Source of the DNA: Candidatus Bathyarchaeota archaeon
GTDB taxonomy: Archaea; Thermoproteota; Bathyarchaeia; Bathyarchaeales; Bathycorpusculaceae
DNA: 64,000 nt
Assembly (NCBI GenBank): GCA_963833575.1
Contig: CAWHXY010000004.1
Span: forward strand, 1,056,001-1,120,000
Direction: 5' to 3'
Of this stretch, positions 28,211 through 37,981 are shown piece by piece. How positions within the stretch are numbered: the first letter of the stretch is position 1; each line of letters starts with the position of its first letter. A program made the position numbers and the translations under genes. The notes under the pieces are model-generated. The model saw nothing but the letters and a program-made list of their open reading frames with translations. It searched no databases and was not told the DNA's origin.

Positions 28211-28904
28211 CCAACACCCCCCTAAATATAGTGCTAAATATCTCTATTCCCGATTTGAATCTTCTCAGTTTAGGTCTCCCATACTTTCGTGCTTTATACG
28301 TTGTGGGAACCTCAACCATGTTGTATCCTTCTACCGCGAATTTTATGAGCATTTCCGTAGCATAAGCCATATCATCCTCAATCAACTCTACGTTGTTAAT
28401 GGCTTCACGTGATATCGCTCGGAAACCTGATTGCGTATCGCTGAGAAATTGACTGTAGAAGAAATCAAAAAACCAAGTTATTACTTTGTTCCCAAGAAAA
28501 TTCATCAATCCCATAGCCTTATTTGGATCATACATACGCGTGGCTAAAACCATGTCGACATCTTTCTCAACCATTTTATCAAGCATGCGGTTAATGTGCC
28601 TTACTTCATAGGTTCCATCACCATCAACCATCACGATGATGTTGCCTTTCGCATTTTTCATACCAGTTCTCAGAGCAAGACCATAACCACGTCTTGGTTC
28701 AATAATTAGTCGGCAAAAATTTGTGTCTTTAACAATTTCTATTGTACCGTCAGTAGAATTCCCATCTACAATGATTATTTCTTTTGGATAAGTCAAGTCG
28801 TTTTGAATAGTTGTCACTGCTTCCAAGATGTTTCCTGCTTCATTGAGTGTCGGAATGACTACTGAGACCAAATCAACTTTTGACGTCATCTGCGCTTCTC
28901 CCAA
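28152..28904 (-). CDS. GT2 glycosyltransferase
   Basis: VVIPTLNEA, VDGNSTDGT, VDGDGTY, DTQSGFRA. Confidence 0.9.
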   Translation of the reverse strand: MGEAQMTSKVDLVSVVIPTLNEAGNILEAVTTIQNDLTYPKEIIIVDGNSTDGTIEIVKDTNFCRLIIEPRRGYGLALRTGMKNAKGNIIVMVDGDGTYEVRHINRMLDKMVEKDVDMVLATRMYDPNKAMGLMNFLGNKVITWFFDFFYSQFLSDTQSGFRAISREAINNVELIEDDMAYATEMLIKFAVEGYNMVEVPTTYKARKYGRPKLRRFKSGIEIFSTIFRGVLDANTVRTCYAHWQKNRFKR

Positions 28905-28936
28905 GTTGCAAAGGCTATATTGTTTCCATACTTTGG

Positions 28937-30094
28937 TTAAATAAGCTCTTCGTATATTTCAACAAGGCTTTCAACATTCTTGTCCCAACTAAACTTTTCT
29001 TCCATCACTGATCTGAGCTCTAATCTGCGTGAAGAAAAATCAATCGCCGCGAACTCCAAAACTGCTTTCGCAAGTAATTCCGGCTCATTAGGTGGTACCA
29101 ATCTTCCCCAATCATCCATCAAAATTTCACTGATTCCTCCAACGTTTGTGGCTATGACGGGCAATCCGCACGCCATAGCTTCAAGGGTAACTAAAGGCAA
29201 ACCTTCTCCAGATTTTGAAGGCAAAACAAAGAAATCTGCTGCATTATAGTAGAGAGGCAAATCTGCATCTGCAACAAAGCCTGTTAACTTAAAGTTATTT
29301 TCTATTCCTAACTGCTGGGCTCTTATCTGAACATTGTTTTGATCTGGGCCTTTCCCTACAGCAAGAAAAATTATGTTAGGATTCTTTTTGACCGCGATGT
29401 TTGCACATTCTATCAGAGTATCGATACCATTTTTATAAACAAGTCTCCTAACAGTTACTGCTACAATGGCACTTTGGGGAATTCCCAGTTTTCTTCTCAT
29501 TTCTTCGCGTTTTCCAGCCAAAGGTCTGAAACGTTGTAGGTCAACCCCGTTGTACATGACTTTAACTTTCGCTGGTTTTGCTCCTAAACTTAAAACGTAA
29601 TCTTTAGTAGCGCTGCTGACGGTTATTATTTTGTCTGCTTCTTTTAGTGTCTCTTTTCCAACCATCAAGTCATTTAACCGCTCAATCTTGTCAAAAATGT
29701 TGTCGTATTCGATGAAGGTATTGTGCTGAGTAAGTACAAATGGCTTATCGTATCGTTTTGCAAGTTTGGCTGCAATAAGCGAGGTAAGGTATGGGTGACC
29801 GTGGGCATGGACGATTTTGCTTGATTTTACTGCCTTAAGAAAAACTTCAAAACTCGGAACTGTCGGAATAGAGTAAGGTATTCCAAGGCGAAAACCCGTG
29901 TTTAAAGATTCATAACATTCAACGTTTACGCCGTCAATAACATAATGCTTGGTAGTTCCAATACGGTTGGTAACCACCATGGGCTGAAAATTTCTGCGTA
30001 ACAGCCGTTTGCTTTGTTCGTTCACAACTTTTTCTATTCCGCCTACATGGGGCAGAAAAGTGTGTGTAACAATGCACAGCTTTGTTTGAACCAT
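28937..30094 (-). CDS. GT4 glycosyltransferase
   Basis: PHVGGIE, YNGVD, EGLPLVTLEAMACGLPV. Confidence 0.9.
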   Translation of the reverse strand: MVQTKLCIVTHTFLPHVGGIEKVVNEQSKRLLRRNFQPMVVTNRIGTTKHYVIDGVNVECYESLNTGFRLGIPYSIPTVPSFEVFLKAVKSSKIVHAHGHPYLTSLIAAKLAKRYDKPFVLTQHNTFIEYDNIFDKIERLNDLMVGKETLKEADKIITVSSATKDYVLSLGAKPAKVKVMYNGVDLQRFRPLAGKREEMRRKLGIPQSAIVAVTVRRLVYKNGIDTLIECANIAVKKNPNIIFLAVGKGPDQNNVQIRAQQLGIENNFKLTGFVADADLPLYYNAADFFVLPSKSGEGLPLVTLEAMACGLPVIATNVGGISEILMDDWGRLVPPNEPELLAKAVLEFAAIDFSSRRLELRSVMEEKFSWDKNVESLVEIYEELI

Positions 30095-30306
30095 GGAAGC
30101 CCAACGTTAATTCCTCAAACAGCATCCTATTATAACATTATGGTAAAACAGGGGTTGCCCTAAGAAATAGCTAAAAAGTTGCTTTTGTTACGGAAACTAG
30201 GCGCAAACGATCAACCCTTTGCCCAACATGTAGGATTCTAAAAGAAGGCTAAGAGATTGACTGTCTAATTACCCAGCCACAAAATCGCTGAAAAAAACCA
30301 AGTATC

Positions 30307-30816
30307 TCAGTAAAAAACCGTGTCGTCTCGACTAACCTGATCTGCTTCTGCATTTCTGGTGGCACGGGTATAAACATTTGCAGATACTCCAGCAACCAAA
30401 GCACCTATTGCATCGTTTGTTATTGACCCGAGCTTCTTCAAGATGCCTGGCTTAGCTTGGTCAAACCTTACATACTCAAAAACGCCTCTAGTTCCTGCGA
30501 TATAAGTGGCTATGGCTATCCCTAAAATCTCGTCAGCGATTGGCCCTGGTCTGCCCTTGAACCTTTCCTGAGTCAACCCGGGGATCAAGCCTTTCTCTGC
30601 ATCTTCTTGTGCATGAAAAGCTGCGGTTTCAAGGATGGAAATGTTAACATCGTTCAAGGCGTCGAGGAATTCTTCTTTTAGCATTTCAGTTGCTTTTTCC
30701 TGAGTTTCTATTCCTGGATGGGGAACATACATTTCAAGTGCGCAGCTGATTAGGCTTTGTAGGGAGATGCCTTTTTGTTCAAGGAATTTTAGTAAGGCTG
30801 GCGTTTTGTTGGTCAT
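30307..30816 (-). CDS. cobZ: Alpha-ribazole phosphatase CobZ (PgpA-like archaeal type)
   Basis: DVNI, ADEILGIAIATYIAG, FEYVRFDQAKPGILKKLG; cob gene context. Confidence 0.75.
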   Translation of the reverse strand: MTNKTPALLKFLEQKGISLQSLISCALEMYVPHPGIETQEKATEMLKEEFLDALNDVNISILETAAFHAQEDAEKGLIPGLTQERFKGRPGPIADEILGIAIATYIAGTRGVFEYVRFDQAKPGILKKLGSITNDAIGALVAGVSANVYTRATRNAEADQVSRDDTVFY

Positions 30817-30895
30817 TATTTTTCCACCGCTTTTTTAAAGGTACAGTGTGCTTTAAGCGTTGCGTGGGTGTTGTTCCGTAATATTTATATGAATA

Positions 30896-30994
30896 GGTTG
30901 GATAAACCAACCAAGCATTAAGACGTGATAATTTGCTAAACATCAAGAAAAAAACCTCTAATTCGCTCAAAAATCTATTGAACAGCAAATTATC
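30896..30994. promoter_or_regulatory. Inverted repeats in the divergent cobZ / DUF71-cobT-cobS-cobY control region
   Basis: Perfect 11-bp IR gataatttgct (30927-30937) / agcaaattatc (30984-30994); ggttgg-N5-ccaacc (30896-30912). Confidence 0.35.
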
Positions 30995-31139
30995 TAAAAA
31001 TTTGATTAATAAAACATCTTTTTTATGTTTACTTGTTTGTTTCTGTAGTTCAATTGGAAACTATGGTATTTACATTCACCTGAAACCAGCAAATGAAATA
31101 ACGGTTGAGGGTGAAGTAACTTAGGGAGTGTAAAATGAA

Positions 31140-31826
31140 ATGAAAGTTGTTGCTTCATGGAGTGGAGGAAAAGATAGCTGCTATGCATACTACTTGGCAG
31201 CACAACAAGGTCACGAAATAATGAACCTATTAACTATGATGATGAATGAGGAAAAATCAAACTTCCACATGATACCTTCCAGTATGCTGGATGCCCAATC
31301 GGATGCCATCGGAATTCCACTGGTAAAACAGCAAGCTACTCCTAAAACCTACGAGAACGATTTCAAAAGTGCACTTAGAAAGTTCAAAACCAAAGGCGCT
31401 GAAGGCTTAGTGACAGGCGACATCTACGAGGTAGCAGGGCACGAAGAAGGTTGGTTGGGACGTGTTCTAAAAGAAGTTGGCTTAACACCTGTGAAGCCGC
31501 TGTGGATGGGTGACACAAAACAAATCTATCTTGATTATTTGAAAACCGGTTTCAAAGCGACTGTTGTGCGGACGAACCTTGAAAAATTAGGCGTTGAATG
31601 GCTTGGCAAAGTGCTGGACAAAAAATTCTATGACGACATCCTGAAGTTCGGCAACGTTGACCCCTGCGGAGAAGGCGGCGAATACCACACTGTCGTGACT
31701 GATGGACCCACTTTTAAGAAAAAGATTGAAATTCTAGAAACGCAAAAGCACAAGATAGACGGCGGCTTCGGCTACTTAGAAATCAAAAAGTTCGGAGTCA
31801 AGCCGAAAGGCAAGGTAAACCCGTAA
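31140..31826 (+). CDS. DUF71 / diphthine-ammonia ligase family PP-loop ATPase, canonical paralog 3
   Basis: SWSGGKDS, TGDI, PLW, DPCGEGGEYHT; first gene of the cobT-cobS-cobY operon. Confidence 0.9.
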   Translation: MKVVASWSGGKDSCYAYYLAAQQGHEIMNLLTMMMNEEKSNFHMIPSSMLDAQSDAIGIPLVKQQATPKTYENDFKSALRKFKTKGAEGLVTGDIYEVAGHEEGWLGRVLKEVGLTPVKPLWMGDTKQIYLDYLKTGFKATVVRTNLEKLGVEWLGKVLDKKFYDDILKFGNVDPCGEGGEYHTVVTDGPTFKKKIEILETQKHKIDGGFGYLEIKKFGVKPKGKVNP

Positions 31827-31827
31827 A

Positions 31828-32928
31828 ATGGACACAGTACTTGACGTATTAATAGCCCATAACCCATTGAAAGCAAAAGCTTTCCTCGCTGAAATTGAAG
31901 GCAAAAATCCCCTTTTCATATGTACAATCGGCACAACCGAAACAGGAAAAATTGCAGGCATATCGGCAGCGGGAGCAAACCCAGAATTCACCGATTACAC
32001 CCCACCAGCAGACGCTGAACTGCTCCTGCTTGGACGATGCAAATCCATCGCTGGAGTGCCTATAACTCCTGATGGAATCCCAACACCCGCATTAATTACA
32101 ATGTCAGCTCTGCATTTAGCAGACATTCCCGTCATAGTTGCCAGCGGAGGAGTAAAAGTAAAACCACAAATTCCATTTCTAGACCTTGGCGGAAACCCGG
32201 GAAGAGACATCCGAACAGGCAACTCTGTTGATAATGTTGCGGAAGTTATTGAGCGAGCAAAAACTGCAGGTGTAAACCTTTCCAAAGCAGTTGATTACCT
32301 TGTTATAGGTGAAAGTATTCCTGGTGGAACAACAACGGCACTTGGCGTACTTTCAGCCTTAGGCATAAAAGCTGAAGGAAAAGTAAGTAGTACTCTGCCC
32401 GAAAATCCCCATAGCCTCAAATCCCAAACAGTTAATACAGGCTTGGCGGCTGCGGGTGAAAGATTCGGTAGTTTAGCAAACGATCCAGTTAGAGCTATTT
32501 CATGCGTTGGCGACCCAATGATGGCGGCTTTCTCAGGATTAGTAATCGGTGCAGGATCTCAAGTTCCTGTACTTATGGCTGGGGGAACCCAAATGAGTGC
32601 AGTCTTAGCCTTGATAAATGTTTTAGATTCTAGCGTACTTTGTAACGTAGCTGTGGGCACAACTCGATGGGTTGCAAAAGACAAATCATCCGACTTAAAA
32701 GGCATAGTTACACAATTTTGCGACGTGCCAATTTTAGCAGCTGATTTAAACTTCACATGCTCACGTTACCATGGTTTACAGATTTACGAGACTGGTCTTG
32801 TTAAGGAAGGTGTCGGTGCTGGCGGTGCGTCAATAGCAGCGATGGCTAAGCTTGGCGGTGCAGTAACAAAAGACATATTGCTTAAAGAGATAGAACGTAA
32901 TTATGCCTCTTTGATGGATTTGAAGTGA
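31828..32928 (+). CDS. cobT: Nicotinate-nucleotide phosphoribosyltransferase CobT (archaeal type)
   Basis: GISAAG, TPALIT, GESIPGGTTTA, AGGTQM, VKEGVGAGG. Confidence 0.9.
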   Translation: MDTVLDVLIAHNPLKAKAFLAEIEGKNPLFICTIGTTETGKIAGISAAGANPEFTDYTPPADAELLLLGRCKSIAGVPITPDGIPTPALITMSALHLADIPVIVASGGVKVKPQIPFLDLGGNPGRDIRTGNSVDNVAEVIERAKTAGVNLSKAVDYLVIGESIPGGTTTALGVLSALGIKAEGKVSSTLPENPHSLKSQTVNTGLAAAGERFGSLANDPVRAISCVGDPMMAAFSGLVIGAGSQVPVLMAGGTQMSAVLALINVLDSSVLCNVAVGTTRWVAKDKSSDLKGIVTQFCDVPILAADLNFTCSRYHGLQIYETGLVKEGVGAGGASIAAMAKLGGAVTKDILLKEIERNYASLMDLK

Positions 32929-32935
32929 GACGGGC

Positions 32936-33691
32936 TTGGTTGTTAAAGAGTTAAAAAACCTTTTTTCTTTCCTCACAATTTTTCCAGTATCAATGGATAA
33001 GGACATGCTTGTTGACTGCGCTGAGAACATGTGGTTTTTTCCCTTAATTGGAGCATTTATCGGTTTGTTAGCTGGAGTTTTCGGTTGGGTAGCGTACCAT
33101 TTCTTGCCCGGCATAGTTGTTGGCGGCTTAGTGTTGGCTTTATTGTTGCTAATTACTGGATTGCATCATACAGATGGCTTACTGGATTTTGGCGATGGAA
33201 TTATGGCTCATGGAACTTTTGAACATAAAATTGAAGTTATGCATGACCAGTTAACAGGGGCTGGTGGCCTATCTCTTGGCATAATGACTATGTTGATTTC
33301 CGCTTTAGCTATTGGCCAGTTAAGTGTAGGCCTAATAGTCAGCGGCATCATTGTGGTTGAGCTTTCCGCAAAACTTTCTATGGTTGTTATGGCTTGGGCA
33401 GGAAAATCAGTGCATGAAGGTATGAATTCACCTTTTCTTGAAGCCATGCATGGCGGAAAAGGTAACGTGCGTTTGGTTGTTGCCCTTATCATTTCGCTGG
33501 TAGTTGCTTTGCCGCTATTGCGTTGGGCAGGCGCTCTAATTGTTTTGGCCGCTATAGTCACAAGTTTAGTATTGACCGCGGTTGCACATAGACACTTTAA
33601 CGGAGTTACTGGCGACGTATTCGGCACATCAAACGAGATAACCCGAATGGTCTGCGTGATTGTCCTGTTGGCGGCGGTAGCATGGGCGTAA
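32936..33691 (+). CDS. cobS: Cobalamin-5'-phosphate synthase CobS
   Basis: SFLTIFP, TGLHHTDGLLDFGDG, VMHD, GVTGDVFG. Confidence 0.9.
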   Translation: MVVKELKNLFSFLTIFPVSMDKDMLVDCAENMWFFPLIGAFIGLLAGVFGWVAYHFLPGIVVGGLVLALLLLITGLHHTDGLLDFGDGIMAHGTFEHKIEVMHDQLTGAGGLSLGIMTMLISALAIGQLSVGLIVSGIIVVELSAKLSMVVMAWAGKSVHEGMNSPFLEAMHGGKGNVRLVVALIISLVVALPLLRWAGALIVLAAIVTSLVLTAVAHRHFNGVTGDVFGTSNEITRMVCVIVLLAAVAWA

Positions 33692-34296
33692 CCGCGCTTA
33701 TCATGGCTGGTGGAAAAGGCACCCGCATGAGAATCGCCGAAGAGAAACCACTCATTAAAGTCTGTGGCAAACCAGTAATCGAATATGTCATTACAGCATT
33801 AAAGGGTGCCAAGAAGATTGATTCAATCGTTGTCGCTGTAACTGATTGTACGCCTAAAACTGCCAAATATCTAAGTCAATTTCCTGTTAAAGTCATTGAA
33901 ACACCCGGCAAAGATTATGTCTCCGACATGGGGTATGCCAGTCAAAACCTCAAACTCGGTGTCTTTTTAGCCATCGCAGCTGACCTTCCATTGGTTACAA
34001 GTCAAGCTTTGGATACCATAATTGAACGATACGAGAGCTGCGGCAAGCCAGCACTAACAGTTGCTGTTTCGCTTGAAACCAAAACCAAACTTGGCATGAG
34101 CATGGAATATTCATTCAAAATGGATAACAAAGACGTAGTTCCTGTCGGGATCAACGTTATTGACGGGCATAAACGGTACGGCGACGAATGGCTCGACCAA
34201 GATATCTATCTGCTCGATCTAGACGAGTTAGCCATCAACATTAACACTGTAAATGAATTTCAACTAGCTGAACGGCTTCTCGCTAAGAAAAAATAA
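33682..34296 (+). CDS. cobY: Adenosylcobinamide-phosphate guanylyltransferase CobY
   Basis: LIMAGGKGTRM, EKPL, ADLP, PVGINV, NINT. Confidence 0.85.
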   Translation: MGVTALIMAGGKGTRMRIAEEKPLIKVCGKPVIEYVITALKGAKKIDSIVVAVTDCTPKTAKYLSQFPVKVIETPGKDYVSDMGYASQNLKLGVFLAIAADLPLVTSQALDTIIERYESCGKPALTVAVSLETKTKLGMSMEYSFKMDNKDVVPVGINVIDGHKRYGDEWLDQDIYLLDLDELAININTVNEFQLAERLLAKKK

Positions 34297-34340
34297 TCTT
34301 TCATTTGATTTGGTACCTGAATAATCTCTGATTGCAGTAG

Positions 34341-35222
34341 TCATAATTTATTCGTTGTTTGCTTACTTTCAAGAACTTGCTTTAATGTTTCTTTCATTCT
34401 TCTTGCATCCACATCTAGGTTTGGTGTTTCGCATATAAGTGTCGGATGCATCTCAAAATCGGCAATCACCTCAGCCAACAATCGAAAGTCAGGGCCATAC
34501 CGTTTCTCGTCAAGTGTATGATGTTCCTTTTCTCCCTGACTCGTAAACTCGATGGCTGAGAAATGGCAGTGCATGTTTCTGAGCGTTTCTGTTCCAAGTT
34601 GCTGCTCGACCTTTTCTGCGATTGCTCTGAAATCTTCAATTGTCTTCAAGCAGCCAAGCCCCCTTGCATGTAGGTGCCCCCAGTCTATGACGAGTTGTGT
34701 ACCTTCTACTTCTTCGTTGATGGTTAGTATTTCGTCTAGGCTTCCGACTTGGAATTTTCTTCCCATTGTTTCAGGCCCCAGCTTCACCTTCAAACCGAGG
34801 CTTTGCATTTCAGCGTTAACTTCTTTTAGAGCATCTAAGCATGTTTTGAACGCAAAGTCCTTTTCAAAAAGTCCGTAGAATCCCGTGTGAAAAACCATGA
34901 CGTAAGCTCCCATCCAGTCAGCTGCGGTTGCACATGCAATTAAGCGGCGTTTGCTCGCTTCAACAACTTCTTTTTTTCCAGACAGATTAATGTAGTATGA
35001 GCCATGCATACTGAGCATAACATCGTTTTTCCTTGCCTCTTCGCCGAGCTTTTGTGCATTCTCTTGTTTTATCTGCGGTTTTTGACCCCACTGAACTGCT
35101 TCATACTCAAAAGCGTTCAAGCCCTCTTCACGCAAAAGCTTTGGCACGTCAGATGTAGTTGCTCCCATTAGTTTGAACATGGGTGGAACTCCTGCTGGAC
35201 CAAACCGAGTATTCTCTGCCAT
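34341..35222 (-). CDS. nfo: Endonuclease IV (AP endonuclease family 2)
   Basis: FGPAG, HGSYYINL, PETMG, DWGHLHAR, HCHFS; ATG 35222 is preferred. Confidence 0.85.
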   Translation of the reverse strand: MAENTRFGPAGVPPMFKLMGATTSDVPKLLREEGLNAFEYEAVQWGQKPQIKQENAQKLGEEARKNDVMLSMHGSYYINLSGKKEVVEASKRRLIACATAADWMGAYVMVFHTGFYGLFEKDFAFKTCLDALKEVNAEMQSLGLKVKLGPETMGRKFQVGSLDEILTINEEVEGTQLVIDWGHLHARGLGCLKTIEDFRAIAEKVEQQLGTETLRNMHCHFSAIEFTSQGEKEHHTLDEKRYGPDFRLLAEVIADFEMHPTLICETPNLDVDARRMKETLKQVLESKQTTNKL

Positions 35223-35369
35223 CTTAATCCTTCTATATTCCAATTTAGAACATTTGCAAGAAGTAGATTAAGGCGCCGCTGACAGTGGCTAAAATTCAAA
35301 CAATCGACGTTGGCAAGATTCACTTTTTCTTACAAAAGCTGCAATCTCTGAAATTGTTAGCGAATTATT

Positions 35370-36155
35370 TCAATGTATTAATTGAGTTATTGTTGGAATT
35401 GACACGTAAAAGTGGATGTAAACGGCAGCTGCCAAAATTCCGATAGTAATTGCCAACAAGGCGAAATCTCCTCGATGAAATTTGAGCAGATAGAGGTTGG
35501 TGCGTTTTTTTGTGGCGCCCCACGCTCGAGACTCCATTGCTTCCGCTAATTCGAGGCTTCTGCGAATAGCACTGACAATCAATGGGATAAGCACTGGTAC
35601 ATAATTTCTAATTCTCTTCAGTAACCCGCCCTTCTCAAGTTCGAGTCCTCTGGCTTTTTGTGCATCCATGATTGTTTGAGCTTCTTCTGCAAGAACAGGA
35701 ACAAATCTTACAGCTGTAGTGAAGGCGAAGGCAAACTCGTATGGTACTCGCGATTCCTCCAGGGCTAAGCCTAAGTGGTCAGGTGAAGTAGTTAGGAAGA
35801 AAACTGAGAAAGACTCGACAAGCACAACGAAACGGAGAGTTAGTGCAGCTGCGTTTTCAACGATTGGTGCTGTCAAGTGGTAGCCTGAAGTGAAAAAGGA
35901 TGTTGCAATGTTAATTGCGAAAATGAGTATTGCCAGAAAAGAGGCACCTCGCAGGGAACGAATCCATTGTCTCTGAACTTTTGCAAGCAAAACAAAAGGC
36001 ACCTGCAAGAGGAAGAGCAAGAGTAACGGAATTATTTGGGAGAAAAGAATAGCACATACAAAAATCGAAATTACATAGACAAATTTTATTCTTGGGTCTA
36101 AATTGTGGATAGGAGAGTAAACTTTTCTAAATCTTAAGCCATCAAAAACACTCAT
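35370..36155 (-). CDS. ecfT: ECF transporter T component
   Basis: LDPRIK, AQKARG and AMESR motifs, TM helices. Confidence 0.9.
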   Translation of the reverse strand: MSVFDGLRFRKVYSPIHNLDPRIKFVYVISIFVCAILFSQIIPLLLLFLLQVPFVLLAKVQRQWIRSLRGASFLAILIFAINIATSFFTSGYHLTAPIVENAAALTLRFVVLVESFSVFFLTTSPDHLGLALEESRVPYEFAFAFTTAVRFVPVLAEEAQTIMDAQKARGLELEKGGLLKRIRNYVPVLIPLIVSAIRRSLELAEAMESRAWGATKKRTNLYLLKFHRGDFALLAITIGILAAAVYIHFYVSIPTITQLIH

Positions 36156-36157
36156 TT

Positions 36158-36979
36158 CTATGTTTTACTCTCCCGTGCTTTCAGGATTATTTCTTTGGCT
36201 TCGTAAATGTCAATAATATTTTTCGGAAAACCCAAAGGCGATAACTTTGTGAAGATTTGGGCTATCTGTGGTAAAACAATAGACGCCAACTCTAACAATG
36301 CCGGATCTGTAAGAATATCTTTTCCAACACCGTCAGCTACAATCTTGCCATCTTTCATCAAAATAACTCTAGGATTGCTTTCCGCTACAAACTCAACATC
36401 GTGCGTAACAATAACAACAGTTTTTCCTTGCGTTTGCATCTGCAAAATAAACTGACGGAGCTTTTCCTTTTGCTCATGATCTTGCCCAATTGTAGGTTCA
36501 TCCAAAATCAGTGTTTTCGGATCCCAAGCCAACACGGAAGCCAATGCAACACGTTTCCGCTCGCCTCCGCTGAGAAGAAAAGGTGATGTTTTTCGGTATT
36601 GGGTTAACGATAGGAGCTCCAAAGCCCAAGTTACTCTATTTTCAATGACGTCGGCGGCAAACCCAAAATTCTTCAGTGCAAATGCGATTTCGTCTTCGAC
36701 TGTTTCGCTGAATAATTGATGATCTGGGTTTTGGAAAACAAATCCGACGTTTCTGGATAGGGCTGCCACACTTGTTTTAGTTGTTTCAACTCCATCCGCA
36801 CGAACTTTTCCTACTCTGGGTTTCAAAAGACCGTTGAAATGCTTTACTATCGTTGATTTTCCTGCGCCGTTTTGTCCCATGATGGCGACGAATTCGCCGT
36901 CTTTGATTTTTATTGAAACGCCCTTCAAAGCTTCTACTCTGTTAGGGTAAGAAAAATGGACGTCTATTGCCTCAATCAA
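36158..36979 (-). CDS. ecfA: ECF transporter ATPase
   Basis: GQNGAGKS, FQNPDHQ, LSGGE, LDEPT. Confidence 0.9.
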   Translation of the reverse strand: MIEAIDVHFSYPNRVEALKGVSIKIKDGEFVAIMGQNGAGKSTIVKHFNGLLKPRVGKVRADGVETTKTSVAALSRNVGFVFQNPDHQLFSETVEDEIAFALKNFGFAADVIENRVTWALELLSLTQYRKTSPFLLSGGERKRVALASVLAWDPKTLILDEPTIGQDHEQKEKLRQFILQMQTQGKTVVIVTHDVEFVAESNPRVILMKDGKIVADGVGKDILTDPALLELASIVLPQIAQIFTKLSPLGFPKNIIDIYEAKEIILKARESKT

Positions 36980-37826
36980 TTGGCTTTAGAGCCTCCAGCA
37001 ACTGGTCTGCTAATTCTTCGGAAGATAATGGGATAGTGTCGCTCAGGTTTAAGCCGTCTTTTTTTAGCATTTCATATAGTAATGTTGCTTTGGGAATTCC
37101 AACGCCGATTAAACGTGTTTCCTCTGAGCTAAGGATCTCTCGCGGTTTTCCTTCAAAACGAACTTGCCCTTGGTCCATGACGATAAGGTGGTTTGTGTAT
37201 TTTGCTGTTAAGTCTAATCTATGTTCCACAAGAATGACTGTTATTCCCTGTTTCTGGTTTAAATCGTATATTACTTCGAAAATTTTTTCAGCGCTTAACG
37301 GATCAAGAAAAGATGTAGGTTCATCTAACACGATGATTTCTGGTTCCATCGCTAAAACAGATGCTATTGCAACCCTTTGTTGCTGGCCTCCCGAAATCTC
37401 GTGAGGCGACCGTTCCCGTAAATCATAAATGCCCGTTAAGTTTAGTGCCCAATCAACTTTTTTGCGCATTTCCTCTCGAGGGAATCCCATGTTCTCCAAT
37501 CCGAAAGCCACATCTTTCTCGACGGATAATGCAAACAATTGGTTTTCTGGGTTCTGAAAAACCAAGCCTACATGTTTTGCCATTTCGTAAGTATGATGTT
37601 TAAGTGTGTCTATGCCTGCAACAGAGATTTCCCCTTTCAATTCCCCTTGATAGAAATGCGGAACGAGCCCGTTGAAAGTTCGGCACAAAGTTGTTTTACC
37701 ACAGCCGCTTGGTCCAGTAATTAAAACAAACTCTCCCTTCTCCACTTTGATGGAGACATCCAAAATTGACGGTTTGGATGCGCCTGGATAAGTGTAGGTG
37801 AGGTTTTTTGTTTCAATTACAGCCAT
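36972..37826 (-). CDS. ecfA: ECF transporter ATPase
   Basis: GPSGCGKT, FQNPENQ, ISGGQ, LDEPT. Confidence 0.9.
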   Translation of the reverse strand: MAVIETKNLTYTYPGASKPSILDVSIKVEKGEFVLITGPSGCGKTTLCRTFNGLVPHFYQGELKGEISVAGIDTLKHHTYEMAKHVGLVFQNPENQLFALSVEKDVAFGLENMGFPREEMRKKVDWALNLTGIYDLRERSPHEISGGQQQRVAIASVLAMEPEIIVLDEPTSFLDPLSAEKIFEVIYDLNQKQGITVILVEHRLDLTAKYTNHLIVMDQGQVRFEGKPREILSSEETRLIGVGIPKATLLYEMLKKDGLNLSDTIPLSSEELADQLLEALKPID

Positions 37827-37981
37827 TTTTTGTGCCTGCTCACCTTAAGCGTGAGAGTTTGCTCATTTAAGCGTAGCTACGCATTTTTGATAATTTGTTT
37901 TCTTTAGGTTCTGTTCCCTTCGTATGCGATAAATTTTCATTTTAAGAATTGGATGATATTTATGTCGGTTTGAAAAGGGCC

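Noticed and set aside
30866-30876. 11-nt match (gggtgttgttc) between the hairpin element and the cobZ upstream region
   Set aside because: A match this short is expected by chance, given ~130 possible 11-mers against 64 kb on two strands
35370-37826. ECF module as a dedicated B12/cobalt importer of the island
   Set aside because: No S component in the window and separated from the cob genes by nfo; more likely a shared group II ECF module
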